Source of the DNA: Candidatus Neomicrothrix sp. UBA814
GTDB lineage: Bacteria > Actinomycetota > Acidimicrobiia > Acidimicrobiales > Poriferisodalaceae
Assembly (NCBI GenBank): GCA_002296525.1
Contig: DBIA01000035.1
Span: 22,732 to 86,731, forward strand
DNA length: 64,000 nt
Direction: 5' to 3'
Below, piece by piece: positions 9,287-18,846 of this stretch. How positions within the stretch are numbered: the first letter of the stretch is position 1; each line of letters opens with the position of its first letter. The notes under the pieces were generated by a model. The model was not told the origin of the DNA and made no database searches. It saw nothing but the letters and a program-made list of their open reading frames with translations. A program made the position numbers and the translations under genes.

Positions 9287-9442
9287 CACAAGTCCGGAAC
9301 TTAATTGATTTGGGTCGATGATCTGATTCAGTCCCTTGACGAACCCCGAGCCCCACACAGGGTCGGGCAAGTTAGGGAAGGAATCGTTTGATCGGCGGGC
9401 AGCCAAATTGAATGAGCCGGAAGTGGCAGATGAGGAGCGGAA

Positions 9443-11875
9443 GTGGCGATCACGGATCAGGCGGAGTCCAAGACAGATGAGGAAGTAGCTGGAGGCAGCG
9501 CCGCAACCGGGATGCAGGTACAAAAGCGCGACGGCAGCAAACAGACGGTTGACGTCAACAAGATCGTCCGGGCAGTTGAACGTTGCGCCACTGAGTTACC
9601 AGGTGTCGACCCAATGCGTATCGCTACACGAACCATTTCGGGCTTACATGACGGGGCTACTACCACCGAACTAGACGAGCTTTCTATACGTACGGCGGCG
9701 GCTCTTATAGTTGAAGAGCCGAATTACTCTCGGCTAGCCGCCAGGCTCCTGGGAACGTTCATAGACAAAGAAGTCCAGAACCAAAACGTCTACTCGTTTA
9801 GCCAGTCCATCGAATTGGGTGCTCAATGTGGTCTCATCCACGATGGAGTCCTCGAGTTCGTGCAAGTACATGCTCGGAAACTCAATAACTCCGTTCTTGA
9901 GGAACGCAACAACCTCTTCGAGTTCTTTGGCTTACGCACTATTTACGATCGCTATCTGCTCAGGCATCCCACCGAGCGAACAGTTATCGAAACTCCCCAA
10001 TATTTCTTACTAAGAGTTGCCTGTGGATTAGCTCGCACTCCAGACGAGGCGATCACGCTATACGAGTTGATGTCGAGCCTTGAATATCTGACCTCAAGCC
10101 CAACTTTATTTAACTCGGGAACGGCACATCCACAAATGTCATCGTGCTACCTGCTGGACAGCCCCGAAGACTCTCTAGAGGGCATATACAAGCGCTACAC
10201 CGACATAGCGCAACTTTCTAAGTTCGCGGGTGGTATCGGTGTCGCGTGGCACCGAATCCGGTCTAAAGGATCATTGATCGGCGGGACCAATGGGCTCTCC
10301 AATGGGATAGTCCCTTGGCTTAAAACCCTCGACTCTTCAGTAGCAGCGGTCAACCAAGGTGGCAAACGTAAAGGCGCGGCTTGCGTATATCTCGAGACCT
10401 GGCACGCCGACCTAGACGACTTTCTCGAATTAAAGGACAACACAGGCGATACGGCCCGACGGGCTCACAATCTTAACCTCGCTAACTGGATCCCAGACCT
10501 GTTTATGGAGCGAGTCGAAAACGACTGGCAATGGTCAATGTTCGACCCCAAAGCCGTCCCACACCTCACAGATCTTTACGGTGAGGAGTTCCGACAGGCC
10601 TACCTTGCTGCCGAACAACAAGGTCTTTATGAACGCCAGGTTCCCGCACGACAGCTTTACAGCCAGATGATGCGCACCCTTGCTCAAACCGGCAACGGAT
10701 GGGTCACATTCAAAGACGCATCAAACCTGAAGTGCAACCAAACTGGCGAACCCGGAAATGTCGTACACCTCTCTAATCTGTGCACGGAGATCTTGGAGGT
10801 CACCAACCAGGAAGAGACAGCTGTTTGCAACCTGGGTTCGGTCAATCTAGGTCGCCTTGTTCGAGACGGGTCCTTTGACTTCGACCGTTTGGGAGAGGTC
10901 GTGCGAACAGCCGTTCCGTTCCTAGACCGGGTCATAGATATCAACTTCTACCCAACGAGCGAGGCGGGAACCTCCAATAGCAAATGGCGCCCGGTTGGCT
11001 TAGGACTCATGGGCCTGCAGGATGTTTTCTTCCAGCTGGGCATAGCGTTCGACTCGCCGGAAGCTCTCCAACTGTCGACAAGGATCAGCGAGGAAATCTA
11101 CTTCTGGGCGCTGTCAGCTAGCTGCGACTTGGCGGCTGAAAACGGTGCACATGACAGTTTTGCTGAGACACGCGCAGCCCAAGGAGACCTCCAGTTTGAT
11201 CTATGGGGTATCGAGCCGAGCGACACGACTCGGTGGGCGGCACTGAAAGACCGCATAAGCCAACATGGTCTGCGTAACTCCTTAATGATCGCGATTGCTC
11301 CTACAGCCACAATCGCCTCCATAGCGGGCTGCTATGAATGCATTGAACCGCAAGTTTCCAATCTCTTTAAACGCGAAACACTTTCTGGTGAGTTCCTCCA
11401 GATCAACCGTTATCTCGTCAATGAACTGCAAGCACGAGGTCTCTGGAATAGCGATATGGCCCAGAAAATCAAAAGAGCGGAAGGTTCGATACAAGAAATA
11501 GACGAGATCCCCGAAGATCTGCGAGAGATATATAGGACCGCTTGGGAGCTACCCCAAAGGGCTTTAATTGACCTAGCTGCCAGCAGAGGCGCATACATCG
11601 ACCAGAGCCAATCGCTAAACCTCTTCATGGAGAGTCCAAGCATCGGCAAGTTGTCGTCTATGTACATGCATGCCTGGAAGAGCGGACTTAAGACCACGTA
11701 CTACCTGCGTTCAAGGCCGGCCACCCGAATCAACCAAACGACAACCGCAACAGAGGCCAATGGCCCATCTGGCCAACCACCCGAAGGCAACCCCACTGAA
11801 GCCTCGCCATTCACTGACGAAGAGGCGATCGCTTGTTCACTGGAGAACCCCGAAGCTTGCGAAGCCTGCGATTAA
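9443..11875 (+). CDS. nrdA: ribonucleoside-diphosphate reductase alpha subunit (class I, with N-terminal ATP-cone)
   Basis: ATP-cone (VQKRDGSKQTVDVNKIVRAV), catalytic LSNLCTEI block, and a C-terminal Cys pair (CSLENPEACEAC). The GTG start has GAGGAG 5 nt upstream. An alternative ATG lies at 9512. Confidence 0.92.
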   Translation: MAITDQAESKTDEEVAGGSAATGMQVQKRDGSKQTVDVNKIVRAVERCATELPGVDPMRIATRTISGLHDGATTTELDELSIRTAAALIVEEPNYSRLAARLLGTFIDKEVQNQNVYSFSQSIELGAQCGLIHDGVLEFVQVHARKLNNSVLEERNNLFEFFGLRTIYDRYLLRHPTERTVIETPQYFLLRVACGLARTPDEAITLYELMSSLEYLTSSPTLFNSGTAHPQMSSCYLLDSPEDSLEGIYKRYTDIAQLSKFAGGIGVAWHRIRSKGSLIGGTNGLSNGIVPWLKTLDSSVAAVNQGGKRKGAACVYLETWHADLDDFLELKDNTGDTARRAHNLNLANWIPDLFMERVENDWQWSMFDPKAVPHLTDLYGEEFRQAYLAAEQQGLYERQVPARQLYSQMMRTLAQTGNGWVTFKDASNLKCNQTGEPGNVVHLSNLCTEILEVTNQEETAVCNLGSVNLGRLVRDGSFDFDRLGEVVRTAVPFLDRVIDINFYPTSEAGTSNSKWRPVGLGLMGLQDVFFQLGIAFDSPEALQLSTRISEEIYFWALSASCDLAAENGAHDSFAETRAAQGDLQFDLWGIEPSDTTRWAALKDRISQHGLRNSLMIAIAPTATIASIAGCYECIEPQVSNLFKRETLSGEFLQINRYLVNELQARGLWNSDMAQKIKRAEGSIQEIDEIPEDLREIYRTAWELPQRALIDLAASRGAYIDQSQSLNLFMESPSIGKLSSMYMHAWKSGLKTTYYLRSRPATRINQTTTATEANGPSGQPPEGNPTEASPFTDEEAIACSLENPEACEACD

Positions 11876-11899
11876 TAGAAGAATTAGGAATGACATTAA

Positions 11900-12991
11900 A
11901 TGGCACTCACTGAACCAGATCACAACCTTGCCTCTCCAGAGCCGTTAGAAGAGTCCCCAACTCAAATCGACACAGGGTACGGAACGCCCGGCAATATCTT
12001 GGACCCGGGCTTCAATCTGACTTTGCGACCAATGAGGTATCCAGAGTTCTACGACATGTATCGCGACGCCATCAAGAACACTTGGACGGTAGAAGAGATC
12101 GACTTCTCCGATGATGTCGTAGACCTAGATCGCAAGCTGATGCCAGCCGAACGACACCTGATCAATCGACTGGTGGCATTCTTCGCAACCGGTGACTCCA
12201 TTGTCGCTAACAATTTGGTGCTCAATCTCTACCAACACATCAATAGCCCCGAAGCTCGGATGTATCTGAGTCGCCAACTCTACGAAGAGGCACTGCATGT
12301 TCAGTTCTATCTGACTCTGTTGGACAACTACATTCCGGACCACAACGAGCGGGCCGAAGCTTTCGCTGCCATAGAGAACATTCCATCGATTCGACACAAA
12401 GCTGACTTCTGTTTTAAGTGGATGGGCAGTATCGACGAGCTCACGGAACTCCGCACCCAAGAAGATCGTAAACAGTTCCTTTTGAATCTCATTTGCTTTG
12501 CAGCGTGCATAGAAGGCTTATTTTTCTTCGCTGCCTTCGCATACGTGTATTTCCTGAGGAGTAAAGGTTTACTAAACGGTTTGGCTGCTGGGACCAACTG
12601 GGTATTTCGAGATGAGTCCTGTCACATGAACTTCGCTTTTGAGGTCGTCAGAACGATTCGTAAAGAAGAACCCGAGTTGTTTGATGAGGACTTATCTATT
12701 CGGATCGTTGAGATGATCGAAGAAGCAATTGAAGTCGAGAGTCAATTTGCTGAGGACGTGTTGTCGGGCGGAGTTGCGGGAATGTCAACCGCCGATACCC
12801 GTACCTACTTGGAGTTCGTGGCAGACCAGCGATTGGCTCAACTTGGATTACCCAAACGTTATGGCGCCCAAAATCCTTTTGACTTCATGGAACTGCAAGA
12901 CGTGCAAGAGTTGACGAACTTTTTCGAAAGAACCGTTGCGGCTTATCAACACGGCGTCGAGGGTGACGTTGCGTTTGATGAGGATTTCTAA
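11900..12991 (+). CDS. nrdB: ribonucleoside-diphosphate reductase beta subunit (di-iron / tyrosyl radical type)
   Basis: FFATGDSIV (Asp ligand) and EEALHVQFY (ExxH plus Tyr at H+4), together with downstream residues consistent with the ferritin-like metal site. Confidence 0.9.
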   Translation: MALTEPDHNLASPEPLEESPTQIDTGYGTPGNILDPGFNLTLRPMRYPEFYDMYRDAIKNTWTVEEIDFSDDVVDLDRKLMPAERHLINRLVAFFATGDSIVANNLVLNLYQHINSPEARMYLSRQLYEEALHVQFYLTLLDNYIPDHNERAEAFAAIENIPSIRHKADFCFKWMGSIDELTELRTQEDRKQFLLNLICFAACIEGLFFFAAFAYVYFLRSKGLLNGLAAGTNWVFRDESCHMNFAFEVVRTIRKEEPELFDEDLSIRIVEMIEEAIEVESQFAEDVLSGGVAGMSTADTRTYLEFVADQRLAQLGLPKRYGAQNPFDFMELQDVQELTNFFERTVAAYQHGVEGDVAFDEDF

Positions 12992-13095
12992 CAAAACAAA
13001 GCCGGCTTTACCGACAGTCGGTGTTTAGGCGACAGCGGCTTCTGCTCACATATACCTAGGTCAAGTCCAGCCCGCTGAGGTGCAAAGAGCCGACC

Positions 13096-14082
13096 TCAGT
13101 TGTCCAAGAAGGCGTCAAGTAGTTGATCCACAGCCGAGACAGGCGTTGTCGAGCCGGCGCGGACCTGAGCTTCTAACTCTGGAAGCAGGGTTTTCACAGA
13201 TGGGTGGCTTCTCAATCCATCATTCAACCGATCATCAAGCATTGACCACATCCAACGTACGTTCTGTTGCTCTCTGCGCCCCTCAAGCTCACCAGCCTGA
13301 CTCAGAATGCTCCTATGCTCCTCAACCCTGTCCCAGAGGTCGTCGACGCCTGCGCCTGTTAGACCGGCGCAGGTGAGGACTGGGGGGCTCCAGAGAGGCG
13401 ACGCTGGCGCCGTCAAGTGCAACGCGATCTCATACTCCCGCGCAGCTGCCTCGGCCGCGTTCACGTTCGCCCCGTCGGCTTTATTAACCGCAATCATGTC
13501 CGCTAGCTCCAATATTCCCTTCTTGATTCCTTGAAGCTCGTCCCCGGCACCTGGCAGCATCAGAACCAAAAAGAAATCGACCATGTCAGCGACGACGGTT
13601 TCGCTCTGGCCTACACCGACTGTTTCCACCAACACGACGTCATACCCAGCTGCCTCACAAATCAGCATCGTTTCGCGAGTCATGCGGGTTACTCCACCCA
13701 GTTCGCCCGAAGTCGGCGAAGGGCGAACAAATGCAGACGGATCGTTGGCCAATGTCGTCATCCGGGTCTTGTCACCCAAAATTGATCCCCCCGTCCGAGA
13801 CGAAGTGGGATCTACCGCTAATACAGCTACCCGACGCCCCCGACCCGTCAGCGTGCTGCCCAGCGTTTCAATAAAAGTGCTTTTCCCGACTCCCGGCACG
13901 CCGGTGATTCCGATGCGGTGAGAACCTCCTGTGAAGGGCAGCAACTCCGTCAAGAGATCCTGTGCCATTTCGCGATGCTCAGCCAAGTTGCTCTCAACCA
14001 GCGTTATAGCGCGACCTATCGACGCTCGATCAGCTGAACGCACGCCTTCGACGAGGCTCGCAATAGGAGGTACTGGATCCAC
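13096..14082 (-). CDS. meaB: methylmalonyl-CoA mutase-associated G-protein chaperone (MeaB/ArgK)
   Basis: P-loop GITGVPGVGKSTFIE, ETVGVGQSE, and NKAD motifs. Lies near mutAB. Confidence 0.9.
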   Translation of the reverse strand: MDPVPPIASLVEGVRSADRASIGRAITLVESNLAEHREMAQDLLTELLPFTGGSHRIGITGVPGVGKSTFIETLGSTLTGRGRRVAVLAVDPTSSRTGGSILGDKTRMTTLANDPSAFVRPSPTSGELGGVTRMTRETMLICEAAGYDVVLVETVGVGQSETVVADMVDFFLVLMLPGAGDELQGIKKGILELADMIAVNKADGANVNAAEAAAREYEIALHLTAPASPLWSPPVLTCAGLTGAGVDDLWDRVEEHRSILSQAGELEGRREQQNVRWMWSMLDDRLNDGLRSHPSVKTLLPELEAQVRAGSTTPVSAVDQLLDAFLDN

Positions 14083-14170
14083 AACTTTGAGGGTACAGGT
14101 CCCCGAGACGGTGGATCTCAGATGATTTATCTGTCAATCAATTCTGAATTCGCGCGTTCCTGTTAGTAAA

Positions 14171-14752
14171 TTGACGAGGGAGTCGACAAAGTGGGAGCTC
14201 ATGGGCCTGGCGAAACAGATGTCGCAGCTAAGAGGAAGTCGGCCACATCCAGTAGAAAAGTTTCTTGAACCGAATGAACAGGTGAAGTGGATCCTGCCCG
14301 CACAAGGCGGACTGCATCCATTCACGATGCTGTTTTTCGCCGTGTTCATTCTGTTAGCGGTCTTAGTGTTCGATCCCAGCTCATTTCTAATGGGCATGAC
14401 GATTTCAGTAGTTGTATTTGCCGTAGTAGCCGTGCTGACGACCGCCCGATACAGAGTCATCGCCATCACCGCTGATGATGTCGTGCTCTTGAAGGCAAGA
14501 GGTTGGCGTCCGGGTAAACCAGTTGACTTCATTAGTCGCACGCCGCGCACTTCAAAATTTGAAGTACGAGGACAGTTCTGGTCTCAAATCGAAATAGCGG
14601 GAGAGAAGCTCTGGGTTCATAAGCGTTTTCAAGCGAAGTTAGACGAGGCGGACTCAACATTGGGCAGAGGAACTCGCAAGAATGCGTCAAGCGCCGCCTA
14701 CAGGGCCAACAGAGCTAAAAAGAAAATCAAACACGTTCGTCGGAAACGATAA
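14171..14752 (+). CDS. hypothetical membrane protein with basic C-terminal tail
   Basis: Two predicted TM helices (FTMLFFAVFILLAVLVF, ISVVVFAVVAVLTTA), then a soluble domain and a K/R-rich end (RANRAKKKIKHVRRKR). The start is uncertain (alternative Met codons are downstream). The coding call rests on protein-like composition only. Confidence 0.45.
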   Translation: MTRESTKWELMGLAKQMSQLRGSRPHPVEKFLEPNEQVKWILPAQGGLHPFTMLFFAVFILLAVLVFDPSSFLMGMTISVVVFAVVAVLTTARYRVIAITADDVVLLKARGWRPGKPVDFISRTPRTSKFEVRGQFWSQIEIAGEKLWVHKRFQAKLDEADSTLGRGTRKNASSAAYRANRAKKKIKHVRRKR

Positions 14753-14755
14753 GTC

Positions 14756-16933
14756 TTAGCTGAGCAACTTCTCTAACAGTTCCTTAGCTGCTTCGGCGAT
14801 AACAGTGCCTGGAGGAAAGATCGCTGTAGCACCTGCCTCCATAAGAGCTTCAAAGTCCTGAGGTGGAATGACCCCACCGACAACAATCATGATGTCTTCC
14901 CGACCTTCTGCCGCCAGTGCGTCGCGCAGCTCGGGTATAAGTGTCAAGTGGCCTGCGGCAAGCGATGAAGCACCGACTATGTGCGCATCATTTTCTACCG
15001 CCTGACGAGCTGCTTCTGCGGGTGTTGAAAACAGCGGACCTATATCCACGTCGAAACCCAGATCGGCGAAGGCCGTGGCGATTACTTTTTGGCCTCGATC
15101 ATGACCGTCCTGGCCCATCTTGGCTATGAGAATGCGGGGACGCCTTCCCTCCTTAACTGAGAATTGCTCTACCAAGCCTCGCACCGAGTTCACGGGTCCA
15201 GTTTCGTCTCCCACTTCGCTGCTGTACACCCCACTGATTGATCGAATTTCCGCTTTGTGTCGACCATACGCCATCTCAAGGGCAAGGCTGATTTCTCCAA
15301 CTGTGGCTTTAGCCCGTCCGGCGTCTATGGCTAACGCTAGGAGGTTTCCATCACCAGTGTCTGCTGATTTAGTCAAGGCAGCGAGAGCTTTTTCGACCTG
15401 CTCAGGATCTCGTTCCGCTTTGAGGCGCTCCAGTTTGGCGATTTGCGCAGCCTTAACTTCAGCATTGTCGATTCGCAAAACGTCTACAGCTTCTTCATGT
15501 TCTGGTCGGTATTTGTTGACACCAACAACAACTTGTCGACCTGAGTCGATCCTTGCCTGAGTTCTTGCAGCTGCTTCCTCTATCCGCATCTTGGGTATTC
15601 CGGCTTCAATGGCCGCTGCCATCCCACCCATTTGTTCGATCTCATCAATGTGCTGCAAGGCGCGGTCGGCAAGGTCACGGGTAAGCCGTTCAACAAAATA
15701 ACTGCCCCCCCAAGGGTCTATGACCTTCGTTGTGCCCGACTCTTGTTGAAGGAACAGCTGAGTGTTGCGGGCTATTCGAGCGCTGAAGTCAGTAGGGAGT
15801 GCCAACGCTTCGTCGAAAGCGTTGGTGTGAAGGCTCTGAGTGTGTCCTTGCGTCGCAGCCATAGCTTCGACACATGTTCGGACCACGTTGTTGTAGACAT
15901 CTTGAGCTGTGAGGCTCCAGCCCGATGTTTGGCTGTGTGTGCGTAAAGAGCGCGATTTTGGGTTAGCGGGTTGAAAGCCCTGGACTAAGTCAGCCCAAAT
16001 GATTCGCGCAGCCCGAAGCTTCGCTACTTCCATGAAGAAATTCATCCCAATGGCCCAAAAGAAACTCAAGCGAGGAGCGAAGTCATCAACCTTTAGTCCT
16101 GCTTGCTGTCCTGTTCTCAGATACTCCAGGCCGTCTGCCAGGGTGTAAGCCAACTCAAGGTCGGCTGTCGCTCCCGCCTCTTGCATGTGATAGCCCGATA
16201 TCGAAATCGAGTTAAACCGTGGCATATGTTGGCTTGTGAATTCGAAAATGTCGCCGATAATCCGCATCGACGGTTTCGGCGGATAAATATAAGTATTCCG
16301 GACCATGAACTCTTTGAGAATGTCATTCTGAATAGTGCCAGCAAGCTTGTCCGGAGTAACACCTTGTTCTTCGGCCGCCACAACGTACAGAGCGAGAATT
16401 GGAAGGACCGCGCCGTTCATCGTCATGGATACGCTCATTTGGTCGAGAGGTATCCCGTCAAAAAGCGTGCGCATGTCATAGATGGAATCGATAGCAACGC
16501 CCGCCATACCTACGTCACCGCTTACTCGCTCATGATCGCTGTCATAGCCACGATGGGTAGCTAAATCAAAAGCCACCGACAGGCCCTTTTGGCCAGCAGC
16601 CAGATTTCGTCGGTAGAAAGCGTTGGAATCTTCGGCCGTCGAGAACCCGGCGTATTGCCTCACAGTCCAAGGCTGATTGGTGTACATCGTTGGGTAAGGG
16701 CCGCGCAAGAAAGGAGCGAATCCGGGGAAACTTTCCGTGTGCTCCATGTCGCCCTCAAGGTCGGCAGGCGTATAGAGACACTTAACGTCGATGCCCTCAG
16801 GTGTGTTCCAAACGAACGTATCGGCAGAAGCACCCGTTTGTTCCGCAAAGTTCTGCTCCCAGGTAGCCGCAGAGGGAGCTGGCCCGTCGTGTAGATCCAA
16901 GTCGATAGTTGCGAAGTCAGGAATTTGAGTCAC
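14756..16933 (-). CDS. mutB: methylmalonyl-CoA mutase large (catalytic, B12-binding) subunit
   Basis: 725 aa. TIM-barrel substrate domain ([17 protein letters not shown] [23 protein letters not shown]) and a C-terminal B12 domain with the DxHxxG motif (GQDGHDRG). Confidence 0.95.
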   Translation of the reverse strand: MTQIPDFATIDLDLHDGPAPSAATWEQNFAEQTGASADTFVWNTPEGIDVKCLYTPADLEGDMEHTESFPGFAPFLRGPYPTMYTNQPWTVRQYAGFSTAEDSNAFYRRNLAAGQKGLSVAFDLATHRGYDSDHERVSGDVGMAGVAIDSIYDMRTLFDGIPLDQMSVSMTMNGAVLPILALYVVAAEEQGVTPDKLAGTIQNDILKEFMVRNTYIYPPKPSMRIIGDIFEFTSQHMPRFNSISISGYHMQEAGATADLELAYTLADGLEYLRTGQQAGLKVDDFAPRLSFFWAIGMNFFMEVAKLRAARIIWADLVQGFQPANPKSRSLRTHSQTSGWSLTAQDVYNNVVRTCVEAMAATQGHTQSLHTNAFDEALALPTDFSARIARNTQLFLQQESGTTKVIDPWGGSYFVERLTRDLADRALQHIDEIEQMGGMAAAIEAGIPKMRIEEAAARTQARIDSGRQVVVGVNKYRPEHEEAVDVLRIDNAEVKAAQIAKLERLKAERDPEQVEKALAALTKSADTGDGNLLALAIDAGRAKATVGEISLALEMAYGRHKAEIRSISGVYSSEVGDETGPVNSVRGLVEQFSVKEGRRPRILIAKMGQDGHDRGQKVIATAFADLGFDVDIGPLFSTPAEAARQAVENDAHIVGASSLAAGHLTLIPELRDALAAEGREDIMIVVGGVIPPQDFEALMEAGATAIFPPGTVIAEAAKELLEKLLS

Positions 16934-16942
16934 AGTTGAAAT

Positions 16943-18781
16943 TCACCTCGACAGTAACTGATGAATAGGGGCTAGAGCATCTAGCACGTTGCAACCAAGA
17001 TAGACATAGTCGTCAATTTCTCCGTCTAGGTTCTCACCCAAATCTGGAGAACCCGCCAAATAAATGTGCTGAGCGCCAGCAGAACGCAGCTGACGAGCCA
17101 CTTCGGCACCGAGATCGCTATAGATCTGGTTCGATGAGCAGATACACGCGACTATGCAGCCACTCGCCGAGAACGCCTCGACGCAGTCGCCAGCACTATC
17201 GAAGCCGTCGTTGCCCTCCACCCGAATTCCTCCAGCCTCAAAAAGGCTCTTTGCGAAGGTGGACCGAGCAGTGTGAGTCGCGACATCGCCAAGATTCGCC
17301 AGAAACAACACCGGTTGTCGAGAAGAGAGCCCGGTTGCCTCACGCATTTGTTCAAAGGGAACCGACCAGCGAAAACTGGGGAGAGGTTCGCATCTGTATT
17401 CGCCTTGAGGTGCATTGGTTTGAGGAAAAGGCTCTCGGAGCAGCTCATCCTCATCCAAATCAGGAAATTCGCTAGTGCCGGTAAGAGGGGTGGAACGGAC
17501 AGCTAGATGTTGGCGACGCTTTTCGCGGGTATTTGCTATTGAGGCTTGCAATTGGCCAGAAAGCAGCGCGTTCTCAATACCTCCAAGCCTCTCAACCTCC
17601 TGAAAAACCTTCCACGAAGACATAGCCACTTGATCTGTGAGTTCTTCGATGTACCAACTTCCACCGGCCGGATCGATCACCGAGGACAACTTTGTCTCTT
17701 CTTGAAGGATCAACTGAGTGTTGCGAGCGAGTCGTAGGCCTGTTTCGTTAGCTAGACCCGCCACGCTGTCGAACGGCGCCACTGTAATGGCATCAGCTCC
17801 TCCAACCGCAGAGGCGAAACAAGCTGTAGTTGTGCGGAGCATATTGACCCAGGAGTCGGTCTTAGTCATCATCGACTGCGAGGTCTCCGCATGAATAAAC
17901 AATGGAGACAGAGAGGGATCTGCGCCACACGCTTGCAAAATTCGGGCCCAACAAACGCGAGCGGCCCGAATTTTTGCGGTCGTCAAAAATTGGTCTGGCC
18001 CTGCGGAAAGTGTGAATTCGACTTTGCCCGAAATGCTGTTTATGTCGATACCCGCTTCTGTTAGGGCTCTTATCCACATAACGCCGGTAGCGAGAACAGT
18101 CCCCAGTTCTTGAGAGTCCGACGCACCGGCGTTGGCCCACGACGACCCATCGACTGATATGGGAACGACGCAAGGGAATCTCTCACTTAGAGCAGCTGTC
18201 ATTTCGGCGCATTGATTTATTTCTTGGCTGAGAGGCGCTGCTGAATGGCCCGTTTGCGCTAATCGGCCCACGGGGTCCAGGCCGAGGTTGTTGCGCACCG
18301 ATTCGGACTTGCTCTCGGCATCACTGCAAACCGCTAATAGGGCCTCAGCTTGGGCGATCGAGCTACCTGAGCTGAGATGTATCGGGGCTAAATCCAAATA
18401 AACCCCCTGGAGCACTGCGCGCAGCTCCTCGGCTTTGTCAGGTGCCCCACTCAAAGTTATGGCGGTTGCACCGTTTTCAAGATCAGCGAGAATGTGATCG
18501 TTAACTCCTGTGCGTGCTGCAAAATGTCTTTGTCGCACCTCCCACCCGAGAAGGTTGCCGGAAGCTCGACTTCCCCGAGCGAAGGATGATTCTCCTGGCA
18601 GTCCGTCTTCGCGCCTTCTGTTTTCGTTGCGATCTCTCGTGTAGAGAGGAAAACGTTCGATGTCATCGAACGTTTTGGTGGTCAGATCTTCCAGATTTTT
18701 ACCTTTAAGTGCGGACGAAGCTGCAGTCGCCCAAGATTCGTAATCGGAGTCGCCGTCGGCCATGCCAGAATCGTATTCCAC
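16943..18781 (-). CDS. mutA: methylmalonyl-CoA mutase small subunit
   Basis: 612 aa paralogue of mutB lacking the DxHxxG cobalamin ligand motif, immediately upstream of mutB. The start may be the internal ATG at 18763. Confidence 0.85.
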   Translation of the reverse strand: MEYDSGMADGDSDYESWATAASSALKGKNLEDLTTKTFDDIERFPLYTRDRNENRRREDGLPGESSFARGSRASGNLLGWEVRQRHFAARTGVNDHILADLENGATAITLSGAPDKAEELRAVLQGVYLDLAPIHLSSGSSIAQAEALLAVCSDAESKSESVRNNLGLDPVGRLAQTGHSAAPLSQEINQCAEMTAALSERFPCVVPISVDGSSWANAGASDSQELGTVLATGVMWIRALTEAGIDINSISGKVEFTLSAGPDQFLTTAKIRAARVCWARILQACGADPSLSPLFIHAETSQSMMTKTDSWVNMLRTTTACFASAVGGADAITVAPFDSVAGLANETGLRLARNTQLILQEETKLSSVIDPAGGSWYIEELTDQVAMSSWKVFQEVERLGGIENALLSGQLQASIANTREKRRQHLAVRSTPLTGTSEFPDLDEDELLREPFPQTNAPQGEYRCEPLPSFRWSVPFEQMREATGLSSRQPVLFLANLGDVATHTARSTFAKSLFEAGGIRVEGNDGFDSAGDCVEAFSASGCIVACICSSNQIYSDLGAEVARQLRSAGAQHIYLAGSPDLGENLDGEIDDYVYLGCNVLDALAPIHQLLSR

Positions 18782-18846
18782 TTAGAGGGCAGATAACCAA
18801 GTGGACAACAATCCCTTGCCGTTTAATGAGTTACTTGCCTTAGGGC

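Noticed and set aside
9090-9356. N-terminal extension of the flavoprotein reductase ORF (the ORF track starts at 9356)
   Set aside because: The Rossmann fold begins right after the internal ATG at 9089 and the upstream 89 residues look non-protein-like. I trimmed other ORFs to internal starts for the same reason: 27990..28511, 33313..34263, 37584..38966, 43908..44879, 56354..57304, 57991..58833.
9090-9520. Possible cobalamin riboswitch or NrdR boxes upstream of nrdA
   Set aside because: I could not find the conserved B12-box / GCCACUG-type core on either strand, or a 16-bp acaCwAtATaTwGtgt-like NrdR box. Only generic palindromes are present. Reported as an unexplained leader instead.
16103-16564. 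Long antisense ORFs inside well-supported genes (also 40675..41175, 20677..21156, 19692..20102, 15120..15560, 23161..23559, 47292..47729, 52411..52806)
   Set aside because: They lie wholly opposite or out of frame to genes with clear family motifs, and their products are Arg/Ser/Pro-rich and low in complexity. This is the expected result of GC-biased third positions.
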